A stretch of 63,871 nucleotides of DNA, filler included, from Octopus bimaculoides (GCF_001194135.2; 7 parts of 7 records of this genome joined end to end with filler, not necessarily neighbours in it); one strand, 5' to 3'. Shown: positions 38,320-53,169, numbered from the whole stretch's first letter. Notes: generated by a model from the letters alone, not told the origin. Made by a program: numbers and translations.

Positions 38320-38885
38320 GGTGATGTTGATGTTGATGTTGTTGTTGCGGTTGTTTTAGCTGTTATAGGTTAATATTTTCTATCATAGCCACACTCCTAG
38401 AATTTCCATTATATTTAGCAGTACGCGTATGGCTGCTGCTGATAACGATGATGATGATGGTAGTGATGTTTACAATGATGATGTTGATGGTGATGATGAT
38501 GATGACGACGACGACTACGACGATAACAACAATTATAATGGTGATGATGATGTTGGCCATGGTGATGAAGCTACCGATTATGAAGATGTTTGTGGTGATA
38601 ATTGTGGTGTTGGTGGTGATGATGGAGGTGGTGGTGGTGGTGGTGGTGGTGGTGGTGGTGATAGTAGTGATGCTGATGACGATGATGAAGAGGCTAACGA
38701 TGATGATGATTGTGGTTGTTGTGGTGGAAATGGTGCCGGGTTGTGATGATATTAGCAATGGTCGTGATGACAATGATGACGAGGAGGACAAAGATGACGA
38801 TTATGATGAAGAGGAAAAGAGGAGTAGTATGAAGATCATCATCATCATCATCGGCAGCAGCAGCAGCAGCAACAGCAGTATCATC
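38320..38885. repeat. (GAT/GGT/GTT)n trinucleotide mosaic
   Basis: Directly visible; explains the Asp/Gly/Met/Val-rich ORFs. Confidence 0.85.
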
Positions 38886-39019
38886 TTGCTAAATCTGAAG
38901 CAACACCAACCTCATTGTTTCGTTAACTGCTAGCTCAATTGTTTGGTGGAGAAAAATAATTGGGTTTTCACAAAAACAGGCAAAAACTAATCAAAAACAA
39001 TTAAAAGAAAGCGGATAAA

Positions 39020-39121
39020 CAAGCACACTCACACACACATACACATGAACATATGCATGTATGTACATATTTTTATATATAAGCATATATGTATGTGTGT
39101 GTATGTGTGTGTGTGTGTGTA

Positions 39122-39160
<39 letters not shown>

Positions 39161-39328
39161 GCATATATATACTTTATACATATATATTTTATATATATAC
39201 TTTATATATATATATTTATATATATATATATGCATATATATACTTTATATATATATATATTTATTTATATATATACATATATATACTTTATATGAATATA
39301 TATACTCGTGTATATATATGTGTGTATG

Positions 39329-39363
<35 letters not shown>

Positions 39364-39430
39364 TTATACTTATTAGTTATAGTATATAGATATAAATATG
39401 TGTGTATATACATATGTATATGTGTGTACT
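39020..39430. repeat. (TA)/(TG)-rich degenerate microsatellite
   Basis: Directly visible. Confidence 0.9.
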
Positions 39431-40659
39431 ATGTATCTCTGTGTATGTATAGGAATGTGTCTATACACACGTTTTATACATACACATTAATATACATTCG
39501 TATAGATGTCCAGACAGAAAGAGGTACACACACACACATACACGTATGCATGGCTTGTGTGTTTTCTCGTCTACGTTTTGTTTGCAATGTCCTGTACCAA
39601 GATATGCACCTATACATACAGGTGGATGTCGGTACGCACATACCTGTACGTATATATGCATATACTCATTTACTATTTGTTTTTACATGACTGAACGTAG
39701 CGTCTCCAATTCGTAAGTAGTTTTTCGTAAACTTATATTTTCCGACGCTACTCTATCTCTTTCTTTTCCTCTATCATTTCCCCCCCCTCTCGTTCTTCCT
39801 CTTTACTACTACGTATCTCGCTTTACCCCTCTCGTTCTTCCTCTGTTACNNNNNNNNNNNNNNNNNNNNNNNNNNNNNNNNNNNNNNNNNNNNNNNNNNN
39901 NNNNNNNNNNNNNNNNNNNNNNNNNNNNNNNNNNNNNNNNNNNNNNNNNNNNNNNNNNNNNNNNNNNNNNNNNNNNNNNNNNNNNNNNNNNNNNNNNNNN
40001 NNNNNNNNNNNNNNNNNNNNNNNNNNNNNNNNNNNNNNNNNNNNNNNNNNNNNNNNNNNNNNNNNNNNNNNNNNNNNNNNNNNNNNNNNNNNNNNNNNNN
40101 NNNNNNNNNNNNNNNNNNNNNNNNNNNNNNNNNNNNNNNNNNNNNNNNNNNNNNNNNNNNNNNNNNNNNNNNNNNNNNNNNNNNNNNNNNNNNNNNNNNN
40201 NNNNNNNNNNNNNNNNNNNNNNNNNNNNNNNNNNNNNNNNNNNNNNNNNNNNNNNNNNNNNNNNNNNNNNNNNNNNNNNNNNNNNNNNNNNNNNNNNNNN
40301 NNNNNNNNNNNNNNNNNNNNNNNNNNNNNNNNNNNNNNNNNNNNNNNNNNNNNNNNNNNNNNNNNNNNNNNNNNNNNNNNNNNNNNNNNNNNNNNNNNNN
40401 NNNNNNNNNNNNNNNNNNNNNNNNNNNNNNNNNNNNNNNNNNNNNNNNNNNNNNNNNNNNNNNNNNNNNNNNNNNNNNNNNNNNNNNNNNNNNNNNNNNN
40501 NNNNNNNNNNNNNNNNNNNNNNNNNNNNNNNNNNNNNNNNNNNNNNNNNNNNNNNNNNNNNNNNNNNNNNNNNNNNNNNNNNNNNNNNNNNNNNNNNNNN
40601 NNNNNNNNNNNNNNNNNNNNNNNNNNNNNNNNNNNNNNNNNNNNNNNNNNNNNNNNNNN

Positions 40660-40715
<56 letters not shown>

Positions 40716-41090
40716 CAGAGACAGAGACAGAAAATGGTGGAGAAAGAGAGAAGAGTAGTAGCTGAATGGAGAGATAAGTAGACAAGCAAATATATTTTTC
40801 GAGTCATGGTCAATAAATTAAAATAAGGGTGTGGGTAGAAAACAATCAAACAATCCGAAAAACAAGGTCAAAAGTAGATGAGAATATTTAAATAAATAAA
40901 TTTATTAACCTCCTAGACATTTTCACAGTCACGCATTGTAGTCAGGCCTAGAAGGAAGAAATAGGAAGGATGTAGAATACACAGCATGACTGAGTTAGCT
41001 ATATGTTTGTATGTGTAGCAGTGTGTCTGTATATCAGCGATCTGGTTTATTGCCTAATTTATATATGCGTGTGACTGTATATGATGTTTA

Positions 41091-41122
<32 letters not shown>

Positions 41123-41209
41123 TGTGTGTGTGTATGGATAGATAGATAGATAGATAGATATAGGTATAGATACATACTTATATATACAAACACACACACT
41201 TAAACAAGC

Positions 41210-41241
<32 letters not shown>

Positions 41242-41341
41242 NNNNNNNNNNNNNNNNNNNNNNNNNNNNNNNNNNNNNNNNNNNNTTAATTAATTAANNN
41301 NNNNNNNNNNNNNNNNNNNNNNNNNNNNNNNNNNNNNNNNN

Positions 41342-41520
41342 AGGCTCAGTCCCGCTGGGTGGCACCTTGGGCAAGTATCTTCAAGTATTGCCTCGGGCCA
41401 ACTAAAGCCTTGTGAGTGGATTTGGTAGACGGATACTGAAAAAAGCCCGTCGTATATATGTATATACTTGTGTGGGTGTCTGTGTTTGTCCCCCCCCCAC
41501 CACTATCGCTTAACAACCGA
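41342..41520 (+). mobile_element. SINE family A, 5' half
   Basis: Matches family A up to cgcttaacaaccga, then switches to LINE sequence. Confidence 0.85.
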
Positions 41521-41990
41521 AGCCTTGAAGCTCTACTCTCTCCAGCGCCGCCGCGAGCGGTACATCATTTGTACGATGTGGAAAATATACCGCCAGCATT
41601 ACCCAAGCGACCTGAACATTAGTTTCAAGGTTCATCCAAGGCTGGGACCACGAGCCATACGTCCCTGCCCAATTCATATTAACAACGTATAGGTACATTG
41701 TGGCATAATTTATTTTCCTCAACAGGCCCTGCCCTGTTTAACATTGTTCCGAAACAGAAAAAAGAGGAAAAGGATCCTATCAGCTTTAAACGGAGTCTAG
41801 ACAGCTTTCTTCAAAGAATACCAGACAAGCCACCAATACCTGGATACAACTCACTCAATAAGAACTCACTACTTGAATGGACCATAGACCAAACTTGACT
41901 GTAAGAAGGATTTAGATAATCCTATCTGGTGGTGCTATTAAGTTAGACATGGCCTGGACCAATCTTTGGTCGAAACAAATCTAAGTTTTT
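41521..41990 (+). mobile_element. 5'-truncated CR1/L2-group LINE: ORF2 C-terminus and 3' UTR
   Basis: ALKLYSLQRRRERYIICTMWKI...; after a frameshift NLFSSTGPALFNIVP...FKRSLDSFLQRIPDKPPIPGY...NSLLEW (stop 41896-98). These are the L.SL..RR.R / LFN.LP / FK..LD motifs. A 3' UTR stem-loop gacca-atctt-tggtc follows. Confidence 0.85.
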
Positions 41991-42643
41991 ATCACAACTA
42001 CATAATCTAATGATCATATAGTTGTAGACATATCGGTAACAAATAAGAGACAAGATGGTCACGGCTTAAGGTCTTTCATCATAGGTTTCTCAGTCATTCA
42101 TTATTACACTGAATCTAAGCAATAACACGATCAGAATATTATTGAAATTACTTTTACGTAAATATTTTCATAGCGATGTCATTTGTGTGCAATATCGATT
42201 AATTCTATACATTCAAACAATAGCCATATGAGTACAGTGAAGGTTTTCTTTCGTTTCTTTGCATTCGTTAACATGNNNNNNNNNNNNNNNNNNNNNNNNN
42301 NNNNNNNNNNNNNNNNNNNNNNNNNNNNNNNNNNNNNNNNNNNNNNNNNNNNNNNNNNNNNNNNNNNNNNNNNNNNNNNNNNNNNNNNNNNNNNNNNNNN
42401 NNNNNNNNNNNNNNNNNNNNNNNNNNNNNNNNNNNNNNNNNNNNNNNNNNNNNNNNNNNNNNNNNNNNNNNNNNNNNNNNNNNNNNNNNNNNNNNNNNNN
42501 NNNNNNNNNNNNNNNNNNNNNNNNNNNNNNNNNNNNNNNNNNNNNNNNNNNNNNNNNNNNNNNNNNNNNNNNNNNNNNNNNNNNNNNNNNNNNNNNNNNN
42601 NNNNNNNNNNNNNNNNNNNNNNNNNNNNNNATATACATTTATT

Positions 42644-43049
42644 AAGGTGGCGAGCTGGCAGAAACGTTAGCACGCCGGGCCAAATGCTTAGCGGTATTTC
42701 GTCTGCCGCTACGTTCTGAGTTCAAATTCCGCCGAGGTCGACTTTGCCTTTCATCCTTTCGGGTCGATAAATTAAGTACCAGTTGCACACCAGTGTAATC
42801 GACTGGTCACCTCCCCCAAAATTTCGGGCCTTGTGCCTAGAGTAGAAAAGAATTGTTACCGAACCGGACAAAATTCTCAGCAACATTTCTTCCGGCTCGT
42901 CACGTTCTGAGTTCAAATCCCGCTGAGGGCGACTTTGTTTTTCCTCTTTTGTGGGTCGATAAAATAAGAACCGTTGGAGCACTGGTGGGGTTGAGGTAAT
43001 CGAGTTCCCTTCTCCTCTAATTTGCTGGCCTTGTGTCAAACTTAGAAAA
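42644..43049 (+). mobile_element. SINE family B, head-to-tail pair (42644-42851, 42858-43049)
   Basis: Two colinear matches to 60866-61080. Confidence 0.9.
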
Positions 43050-46000
43050 AGATATATGTGTGTATACATATACAGACACACTGTATACATATACAGACAC
43101 ACAGAGAAACACACATATATAATATTGCGTAGATAGGTGGGAAGTGCAGCATAGTACCCATGACCTTTTTCGGAGCTTCTGTGACAGCTGGAAGAAGTTA
43201 TTCTTAGTCCGATGTTTTCATCTCTATCCTTGCAATAGAGTGGAGGGGCAACAGATTAAGCCCAACATCCAAGAACAGAGAGAGCTTTTCCGAGGTGTTT
43301 CCACATAGTTTCCGATCATGTCACAAGAAAAAAAAATGTATATTGAACTTAGGCGTTTAGATTTTTCTGTTTCAATAGTAAAACAGGTGCTATAACAATT
43401 CGATATATGTTGTGAAGAATGTATCTAGTATGGTGTTTTCAATATTTGGTTTTAAATTTCGTTAGCAAAAAAAACAAAAAAAAAACTACAATTTTTCTTT
43501 TCATCAGTTGTATCTGATCGTGTGTTGTATCTTACCAATAAGTTTAATCTTACTGTGATTCATGCACTGAAAGTTAGTCTTTGCACGATTACTTAAGAAA
43601 ATATGCTTTAAAAAGACAATAAAGATAACAAAGAATAGAAAAAAAGAAAAAAGCAAAACAAAAACTGAACCCTAATTTTCCCTATGACAGTAGAATTCTG
43701 AGGCTGTTGGGGTTATTTGGCATAATCCTGTCTCTGAAGTCGACAGTTGAGGTTAACAAAATATGTAATTATATACAATGTCTCTTCCAACAATGACTTG
43801 CAATTAACCATTGTATATATATTTACCTCTTGATTAATTAGACTAATAAAAATTGATTGTCATTCTGCTTATAACGGAATATAAACCGTTGGTATGCCAG
43901 GCCTGGTGGACATCCGGTCGGCACCCTAGCGATTTTCGTAGCTGGAGGCTGCCTCTGCTTTACCTGATAACGATTGAGTCTAAATCTATTCTTTACAGAA
44001 AATATTAGCACGTTCCATGAAATAATTTGCAATTCGGTAAAAGGAAAGGAAAAAGAGAGAGAAGGGGGGGGGAGAGAGAAGGTAGGAAAGAGATAGCTGA
44101 CTGCTGCCTGTGATGAATAGAATCAATACGATATATTGAACGTGTGCGTTATCTAACTATCATATTATGACTATTTTTAAAACAACTGCCCCGTCCGTCT
44201 GATCAGGTCAAAGTTGTATAATACTAGCTATCAGACAACTGCGTTTATAGTTTATAGTTATCAAGAAGTAGTCAATAGGAGAACCTTCAGAATACTACCA
44301 TACAGGCTGTAGACTGGCTTCTTACGTTCGCCCACGTATCATAAAGTGTTAGAGATAGATAATATGTTCGTGTAGGTTTATAAAGCAAGGATATAGATTT
44401 CCCGCATCGGCATAGAGAACGACATGGATAAACGAGGTGATAATGTACCAAACAACAGTTTTAAAAGGCGGCGTTTCGTATCATGTCACCGCCATTGCGA
44501 TGTATTTCTAGTCTAAACATTCAACAGTCAGTTAATGAATTTATCTAGCTTCTAAGCTGGAACTGTTTTTGTGATTTGCTGTAGCCCTCTTGGCAGTGTC
44601 ATTACTATAAAACTGTTGTGTGTTTCGATAGCCTGCAGTGTTGAGTACGAGTTGTGTTGTGGAAAACCATTCTGGTGTATTCTTTATTCTAGTAAGTGTA
44701 TTCTTTCTTCTGTGTGAAGACTGGCTTGTCAGTTGCATCTCGGTATTTCGCTAGTACTACTATGAAACCGTCACTAAGCCTCACAGTTACAGATATAAAT
44801 GATTAAATCGACTTCGGTATATTCGAGTCGAGAGGAGAGCTTCTAAGAAATCTTTCAACCTGCAAATGATTATATCGAAATTTTCCTCAAACCACACCAT
44901 GCTGTCTTTAAAGTAGAAGAATCCAGTGATATAATCTTAGATACACTATGTATAAGAACACAAACAAAATCATACATGGCGGCCAAGACAAGAACGCCTT
45001 TCATTATGGGTCTATGCGATCTGCATCAACCTCGGTTTAAAGATTACCTACATTAGAAATCAAAACTGACTCTGGGTAAATTTGAACTTATAAGTTTGAG
45101 GGATGAATCTAAATACATACAAACTGATGATTTCTTCTCTACCACTTCTGTCACTCCAGTACGTTGTTACCGTTTAGGAGTATCAGAAAAAGTATTGATT
45201 TCTGACACTGGTAAAATACCACGGTTTTGGAGGTTGGAGACAATCGATTAAATCAACGTACCCGTAATTAACTGATGATCATCTAATAGATTCCAGAAGG
45301 ATGAAAAGCGAAACTGTCGCTGACCAGTTTTGAACTCGGAATGCAAAGGGACGTAACTAAACGTGATAAATGTTTTGTAAGTAACTCTATCGATTTTAGC
45401 AACACCTTTCTAAGTATTTACGGCGCTCTAAAAGTCAATATTAACTTGAACAAGTAATTATCAAAGTAGATATATCACTTCTGACGGTTCTCTATTGTTT
45501 TATCCATTTCAATAATATGGTATTGTTCTGAAATTTCGCTTTATATATAAAATTTCAAGGAAGCAAGTCTCAGGTTTGTGCAAAAGGATAAAAGGACTCT
45601 CGCTTTGAAGGTTATTAACAGCAATTTAAGGGAAATGGTTACAATTTACACAGGAAACTAATTCAAGGAATCAGCAAACTGAGAGTTAATGCATATAACA
45701 TATATATTGTTATAACAATAAAGATAGACAAGTTATTAGATTCCTTTCGCTAGTTGCCGAATTTTAACTTCAGGAAACTTTTGATAGTTTAAGTCAGAAG
45801 AAACGAACTTATCAAACGTATCAACCTGAAACTCATGGTGGCTAACTCCCAGATTGTCAGATTGATGCCGTTAATGTTAGGGCTGAACCGCTGCAAGTCT
45901 ACGTCTGCAGGAAACATGTAGATGAGAATGGAAATTCTAGAGAGTTCAGAGATACATTCTAAGAAGGAAAGATTATCCATAGTGATTGGTGACACAGAAT

Positions 46001-46789
46001 GGGTGACAAGTAGGAGAGGCAGATGCGTTGGGTAGTCTTTGTGGCTGTGGTATGGAACTACTTAGCTCTGAAGAACAGAAATAGAATGTAGAAGTCGTTC
46101 CTCAGTGGATGAGAAGTTGGTGTTTATGAATAAATCCTTTGGATGGGTTTAGCATATTTTGTGGGCATCAGTTGCGTAGTTTCAATTGTGGGAGTAGTAT
46201 TTCATCGAAAGACTCACTTAAGTTTTGTAGACAGTCAATAGCTATTCAGGAATGAAATATGTTATGGTTCTGAACAGGAAGGCTAGTTTTTGGACTGTAG
46301 TTTTTGTCACAGTAATAAGAGCACTACAACAATTTCCGGCACACAAGCCGACGTAGTGTATAGTGTATACAAGAAATGTAAACATTAAAACATCGTCACT
46401 ATCTTTCCAGATTCTGTCGCATTTCACATGGAATTTTTGTCCTCAAAAAGCCGTCTTGGAGTATATAAGTAAACCTACCTCTTTTGATTGTAAATCTTGG
46501 TCTGAAAAATTCGATTTGTATGCTGAAAATACGGTTTTTGAGTTCGTTTGTGAAAGCCCCGAGGAAATTTGCATGGCTGGATACTGTTAAATGTAGAAAT
46601 ATGTAAAATCATTGTCTGAATACGTGATTTACAACACAGCTGGAATCGATTTTGTATTTTAATCACTTCAGAGTCATTAAATAAAGTACAAGTTATAAAC
46701 TGATGGAGATTCTACAGATTGTTCTTTTTTATCATAAATTATTGGTATTTTGTCCGGCGAAAAAAAAACAATATTTTATATCAATGCAG

Positions 46790-47160
46790 TCAGATAAAAT
46801 GGTTAGTAGCATTTCGTCTGTCTAGACATTCTGAGTTCAAACTCCGCGGATATTGACTTTGCCTTTTATCTTTGCGGGGTCCCTAAAACAAATACCAGTT
46901 GAACACTGGGGGTCGATGTAATCGACTTGCTTCCCTCCCTAAAGTTGCTGACCTTGTGCAAAATCAATATTTATATCAATGAAGAGTGTGCGTCGAGTTG
47001 TTGCAAACAATGTAATGCTGATCGATGTGTTTTAACGAATTTAGTTTTGTGTCACTATATTTTGAGTTCAAATCTCTGCACCGTAACTTCGTCTTTAATT
47101 GCTTCGGCTGTCGATAAAATAAGAACCAGTACTGAAATACTACCAATCGATTATAATCCT
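46790..47160 (+). mobile_element. SINE family B, two decayed copies
   Basis: gagttcaaa.tc...ctttgccttt.atc.tt.cggg.t...ataaaataag.accag motif occurs twice. Confidence 0.7.
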
Positions 47161-47794
47161 TCTCATACGAAATTTGGATCTGGACCTAATCAATAGAATG
47201 CAACATGTGTGTGTGTGTATGCGTGTGTGTGTGCGTGTATGTATATATNNNNNNNNNNNNNNNNNNNNNNNNNNNNNNNNNNNNNNNNNNNNNNNNNNNN
47301 NNNNNNNNNNNNNNNNNNNNNNNNNNNNNNNNNNNNNNNNNNNNNNNNNNNNNNNNNNNNNNNNNNNNNNNNNNNNNNNNNNNNNNNNNNNNNNNNNNNN
47401 NNNNNNNNNNNNNNNNNNNNNNNAGATGCCTTAGTAAATTTTTAATACTTTTTCTGTAGTTCCTGTTACATTTAATTCATACAAACAGAAGTCACAGACA
47501 TGAGCTCCATACATACCTACATTAGTATACAGAAGGAAGAGAGAGAGAGACGGAGAGAGAGAGAGAGAGAGAGAGAGTGATCAATGTGGGGTATAATAGT
47601 TAAAAACTGGACCCGAAGCCACATGGTCGCAAAGCAAGCTTCTTGTTCCCTAAACCATACCTGAATTCTGAAGCCGATTTTCTCCAAAACAACTGAAAGA
47701 CTATAAGGCAATGAAATTGCCGCTGTTGTGAGTTACATTCTTCCTGGTTCCAACTCTTCCTATTCTTTCTCCGGAGTCGACCAATATAATTATT

Positions 47795-48345
47795 TAAAAT
47801 TTTGGCACAAACTAGTAACCTCTTCCCCAAATGGTCAGGGATTACTCGATTACACAGACCCCGAAAAAAATGAAAGGCAAAGTTAACCGCGGTAGCATTT
47901 GTACTCAGAACGTAAACAGCCGGAAGAAATGCCACTGAGCATTATGTCCGTCGTGCTAACTCACCGCCTTAGAGTCAATCAATATGATTATTTCTGCTAT
48001 AGGCAAAAGGCCTCAAATTATGTGGGAGAGGGCTAGAAGATGACATCGATCCCAGTGGTCAACTGGTTCTTTATTTTATTAAATCCGAAAGGATGAAAGA
48101 CAAAGTCAACTTCAGCGAAATTTCAACTCAAATTCTTTCCAATTTTTGGCACTAGGTCCGTAATTTTGAGGGAAGGTGCACTGGATTATATCGGTCCCAG
48201 TGCTCAACAGGTACTTATTTTATCAACTCTAAAAAAGAAAGAAAGCAAAGTCGACTTCGGTGGAATTTGAACGTAAAGAGCCGGAAGAAATGCTACGAAG
48301 CTCTTTGTCAGATGTGCTTACGATTCTGCCAACTCGCAGCCGTAG
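47795..48345 (-). mobile_element. SINE family B, three tandem copies
   Basis: gaaaggatgaaaggcaaagtcgac-type core recurs at about 47860, 48085 and 48235. Confidence 0.8.
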
Positions 48346-49142
48346 AGTTAATCAAAATGATAGCCGAAAAAATTTGTAGTTTACTCAGTCGGCCATACAT
48401 TTCCGGTACAAAACTTATTCTTACGCATAAATAAGAAACCTTAATTTATTAATAATTTCACTAAAATGTTGATAAAAAAAACGGAGTAGTGGAGTGTCAA
48501 ATTGAGACCGACCATGTGCCTCAGTGCCCAATCCTGTCAACGCTTCGCAACAATATCCAATTTAATGAATAAATCTAAAAGGCAAAGCACTCCACTCCTC
48601 TATTTTAGGTTTTGGAAAACAAATCTTAATACGTTCAGCAGATCTTCAGATGAAGGCATTAGATACCAGTTAAAAGAAACTAGATTAATTACGGTATTTG
48701 AATTACTTGAGGTTGTCTGCCTTTTTTCTTTTTTTCTCCCAATGCTTATGATAACAAGCTAGTGCTATGTTATCCGATGACAATTAAAAATTGGAATAGC
48801 TAACACGCTTTCTTCGAACCTTGGAAACTCTAAGCTCTGAAATGACAAAAGGTTGGCTGGGAAAATAACTTAGATTATCATATTGTCAACGTGAAAAACA
48901 TAACCAGCAAATTTGGCTTTCCGCTTCAACTCACTTCTTGGTCGTTAACTTTCATAAGGTCGTTGAGAGCGCACCCGTCAAGACAACCCTGAGACTAGTT
49001 TACAACCTGAAGGACTTCTAATGTTACATATTTTGTTTACATATGTTTTATCTTATGAAAAATATATTTATCAGAGTGCTAATTTTTTCCTGGACAATAT
49101 ATATGATACAATTTGGGTAGACAGAATCACGCACATATGCTC

Positions 49143-49262
<120 letters not shown>

Positions 49263-49434
49263 CACACACAAACGCACACACACACACACTGACGCAGGTA
49301 TAGATATGTATATATAATTGGGCGGGGGGATGATGAAACTCGAAGCAGATGAAACTATAAATAATAGCCTGGAAGTATTGAATTAAGAAACCGTTAGGAT
49401 AGAAAATGTCGAAAGTTAACCATGAGATAACAGA

Positions 49435-49467
<33 letters not shown>

Positions 49468-49607
49468 CGCACACACATTGTATGTGCGTACAAAAATACA
49501 CACACATGCACATGTATATGTGATTTTAATATTACATGAAATGACTTAAGTACTTTCGGCACTTTAGTCTATTCATGCAACGTTAAAATCAAAGCCATAT
49601 AATATTG

Positions 49608-49822
49608 CTTTCAAATTTTGGCACAAGACCAGCAATTTCCGGGGAGAGGGAAAGTCGATAACATCGACCTCAATGCTCAACTGGTACTTAGTTTACTGAC
49701 CTCGAAAGGATGAAAGGCAAAGTCGACCACGGTGAAATTTGAACTCAGATCGTGAAGATGGACGAAACGCCGATAAGCATTTCTGTCCGGCGTGCAGTCG
49801 ATTCTGCCAGCTCGCCACCTTA
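49608..49822 (-). mobile_element. SINE family B, full-length
   Basis: Reverse complement of the 60866-61080 pattern. Confidence 0.9.
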
Positions 49823-49976
49823 AAGCCAAATGATGTTGAAGGAGAGTACATATAAGAAACCCACACACCTACACACTCACACACAAACACACACACACAA
49901 ACATATATATACATATATACACACATATATGTATAAATAAATAAATAAATACATACATACATACATACATACATGC

Positions 49977-50007
<31 letters not shown>

Positions 50008-50733
50008 NNNNNNNNNNNNNNNNNNNNNNNNNNNNNNNNNNNNNNNNNNNNTTAATTAATTAANNNNNNNNNNNNNNNNNNNNNNNNNNNNNNNNNNNNN
50101 NNNNNNNTAAAGACATACATTTATGTGTATATATATATACATACACACACACACACACATATATATGTAGCATACATAGATGCATGCATACATACATACA
50201 TACATACATACATACATACATACACACGCACACACACATACGCACACAACACAAATCGTTTCACACCCGATTCTTTATTATCTTGCAGTTTCGTTCTTCT
50301 CTTTCGTTAATCGAATTTCAAAAGACTATTTGAAATTGGTGGACGACCGTTCTTATTTATCACGATCCAATAATTATCGTTTAATGCACTTACGGTGATA
50401 TAGTTGAACTTGTCCCTTTGTGATGTTGTTGTTGTTGTTGTCGTCGTCTTCGTATTGTAATATTTCTTACTTTTATATCCTTTATATTTATAATAGATAC
50501 ATTTCCCTCTTTCAATCGTTACTTCGTTTGTTTTTTTTATTCACCTTCCTGGTGTGACCTTTCACTTTGTTAATTTCTGTTCCTCATCCATAAACTTTTC
50601 TCAAACGTCATATTTTTATTTATCTGTATGTGTGTTTTTTTATTTCTTTCTTTTAACTCTTGTTTTTGATTTTACTTTTATTACTCTTTCATTGTTGTCG
50701 CTGTTTTTTTACTTTTTGTTGGTGCTCTAGAAA

Positions 50734-50773
50734 CCTCTATTGAAACCAGAGAGTATTGGTCGAAAGTCAAAGG
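50734..50773 (+). ncRNA. Decayed hammerhead-like motif related to 18828-18864
   Basis: CCU-CUAUUGA-A-ACCA gagaguau UGGU-C-GAAA-GUC-AAAGG. Same layout and GUC-AAAG exit, but G5 to A, G10.1 lost and C15.2 lost. Confidence 0.45.
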
Positions 50774-50942
50774 TACAAGTTATGTGGTCATATATATATA
50801 TTTCTTTTGATATGAATGAATGTATCAATCAATTAAATACACGCGCGCGTACACACACTCACACACACACACACTTTTGTCTGTATGTATAAATTAAATC
50901 GATGTAGTAAAATTTGTTTTATGAAATAAGAAACAAAACTGA

Positions 50943-51026
50943 ATTATTATTATTATTATCATCATCATCATCATCATTATTATTATTATTATTATCATCA
51001 TCATCATCATTATTATTATAATTATA

Positions 51027-51118
<92 letters not shown>

Positions 51119-51374
51119 CATATCTTTTCTGTATGATTTATATAGACAGTAAATGGAACAGTGTAGGGATGTATGAAAGAACGATAAAAACAGGTACATT
51201 TATTTATGATCGTGTTGGACCGAGGATGATAACGATGTCGACGTCGACGATGACAATGATGATGATGATGATGACAGTGACGACGATGATGATGATGATG
51301 ACGATGATGATGGTGATGATGACGATGATGATGACGATGATGATGATAATGATGATGATAATGATGATGACGAC

Positions 51375-51406
<32 letters not shown>

Positions 51407-51711
51407 CGACGATGATGACGACGATGATGATGATGATGACGATGATGATGATGATGATGATCGTGATGGTCGTGATTATCACTCTCCTCTTCCGATTCAT
51501 CATCTCTCGTCCTCCTTGTAATTGTCATCATTATCATCATCATCATTCTCCTTGTGATCACCACCACCACCGCCACCACCACCACCAATAACTAGTAGTT
51601 TCAGGTACATCAACAACATAGATAGTATCTCCGAAATTGTAAAAAAAAAAAAAAAAAAAGGAAGAATATTCTATAAAAACCACCACCGAAAACAACACCA
51701 TTACAACACCA

Positions 51712-51785
<74 letters not shown>

Positions 51786-51810
51786 CACTAGCACTACTAC
51801 TACTATTATC
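50943..51810. repeat. Trinucleotide cluster: (ATT/ATC)n 50943-51121, (ATG/ACG)n 51226-51460, (CTA)n 51711-51806
   Basis: Directly visible; source of poly-Ile/His/Met ORFs. Confidence 0.9.
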
Positions 51811-52872
51811 ACCACTGTCACCACCACTAAATCAAAAGGAACGACACTTTACTTATTGTCTCTAACCACTACAGCAACAACCTTTAGAACTGTCATTCTG
51901 TGCCATCTCATCTAGCTACTACCGCTACTGTTGCTACTACTACTTCAGCTACTCTAAACAATGTTGCTATGTGACAATATGACGATGACGACAATGACAG
52001 TTCATTCCCTGGTCATCTTGTGAATAAAAAGAGAAACTAACAGCATCTTTCATTATGTTTGTGTCATCATCAGCATTAATATATTAAAATTTGATATCTT
52101 TTATCAGTTTTCTTATTTCAAAACTAATAAATTATGTTTCCTTCCAGGGTGTATCATTGAAATCAATGAGGATAAGAAAAATCTGAATACGCAAATCTTA
52201 GCATGACAAAGAGAAGCAAACTGCAGTAATGTAATGGCTTTCGTTTAGCTACAAACAGCTCAGAGAATGCCGGTTAAAATATGTTCATGGCTTTTAACGA
52301 GAAGTACCAAACAGCGTTAGTGAAGCATGCATGACGATGCTAAATATTGAAAACATGTTGGCGGTTTTGTTTCCTTGTGTGAATACTGGTGGTTATTGGT
52401 AGTTTCTTGTTATAAATGTAATTCTTCAGACCATATAATTTATTCGACAATATTTTGAAAGAAATTTATAAATGTTTGATTGTAGAATCGTTGTTTGAAC
52501 TTCCCTTCAGTCCTACCGTTTATGCGTTATGTAGAAGTTTAACTTTACAGAAGTAGCACCTCGTACTTCATACATGAAAGCTCCATTTATGAACTAGCCT
52601 TAGTAGGCATGCACTAGTGATTCCGCATGATTATGTAGTCTTAGTTTATTCGTGGGTGCATGTGATATTAGATTCTTACGGAAGGAAAGAATATGATGTT
52701 TGAACAGTAGAAGAAAAAGAAAAACATAATATCTTTGAAAACTGTATAAGCATGATTTTAGTTTGAATATCTAATGAGAAATTTTCAATAAATCAAAATA
52801 CTTGAAGTGTTTGTATGGTAACTGAATAACACTGTCTTCATCTGACTAATTGCATACAAACACATGCATATA

Positions 52873-53107
52873 TCTTTTATCTTTTACTTGTTTCAGTCAG
52901 TAGACTATGGCCATGCTGGGGCACCGACTTGGAGAAGTTTTAGTTAAATGACTCGACTCTAGCAGTTATTTTTTTAGCCTGGTACTTACTCTGTCGGTCT
53001 CTTTTTGTCGAATCACCAACTTACGGCGACGTAAACACACCGACACAGGTTGTCAAGCGGTGGTGTGGTAACAAACACAGACACAAACACACACACATAC
53101 ATACATG

Positions 53108-53169
<62 letters not shown>

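Noticed and set aside
38363-38933. Asp/Gly-rich acidic ORF (shell/matrix-protein-like) and overlapping ORFs
   Set aside because: Low-complexity trinucleotide mosaic open in several frames on both strands.
51118-51591. Poly-His, poly-Met and poly-Ile ORFs
   Set aside because: Frames of one (ATG/ACG)n tract.
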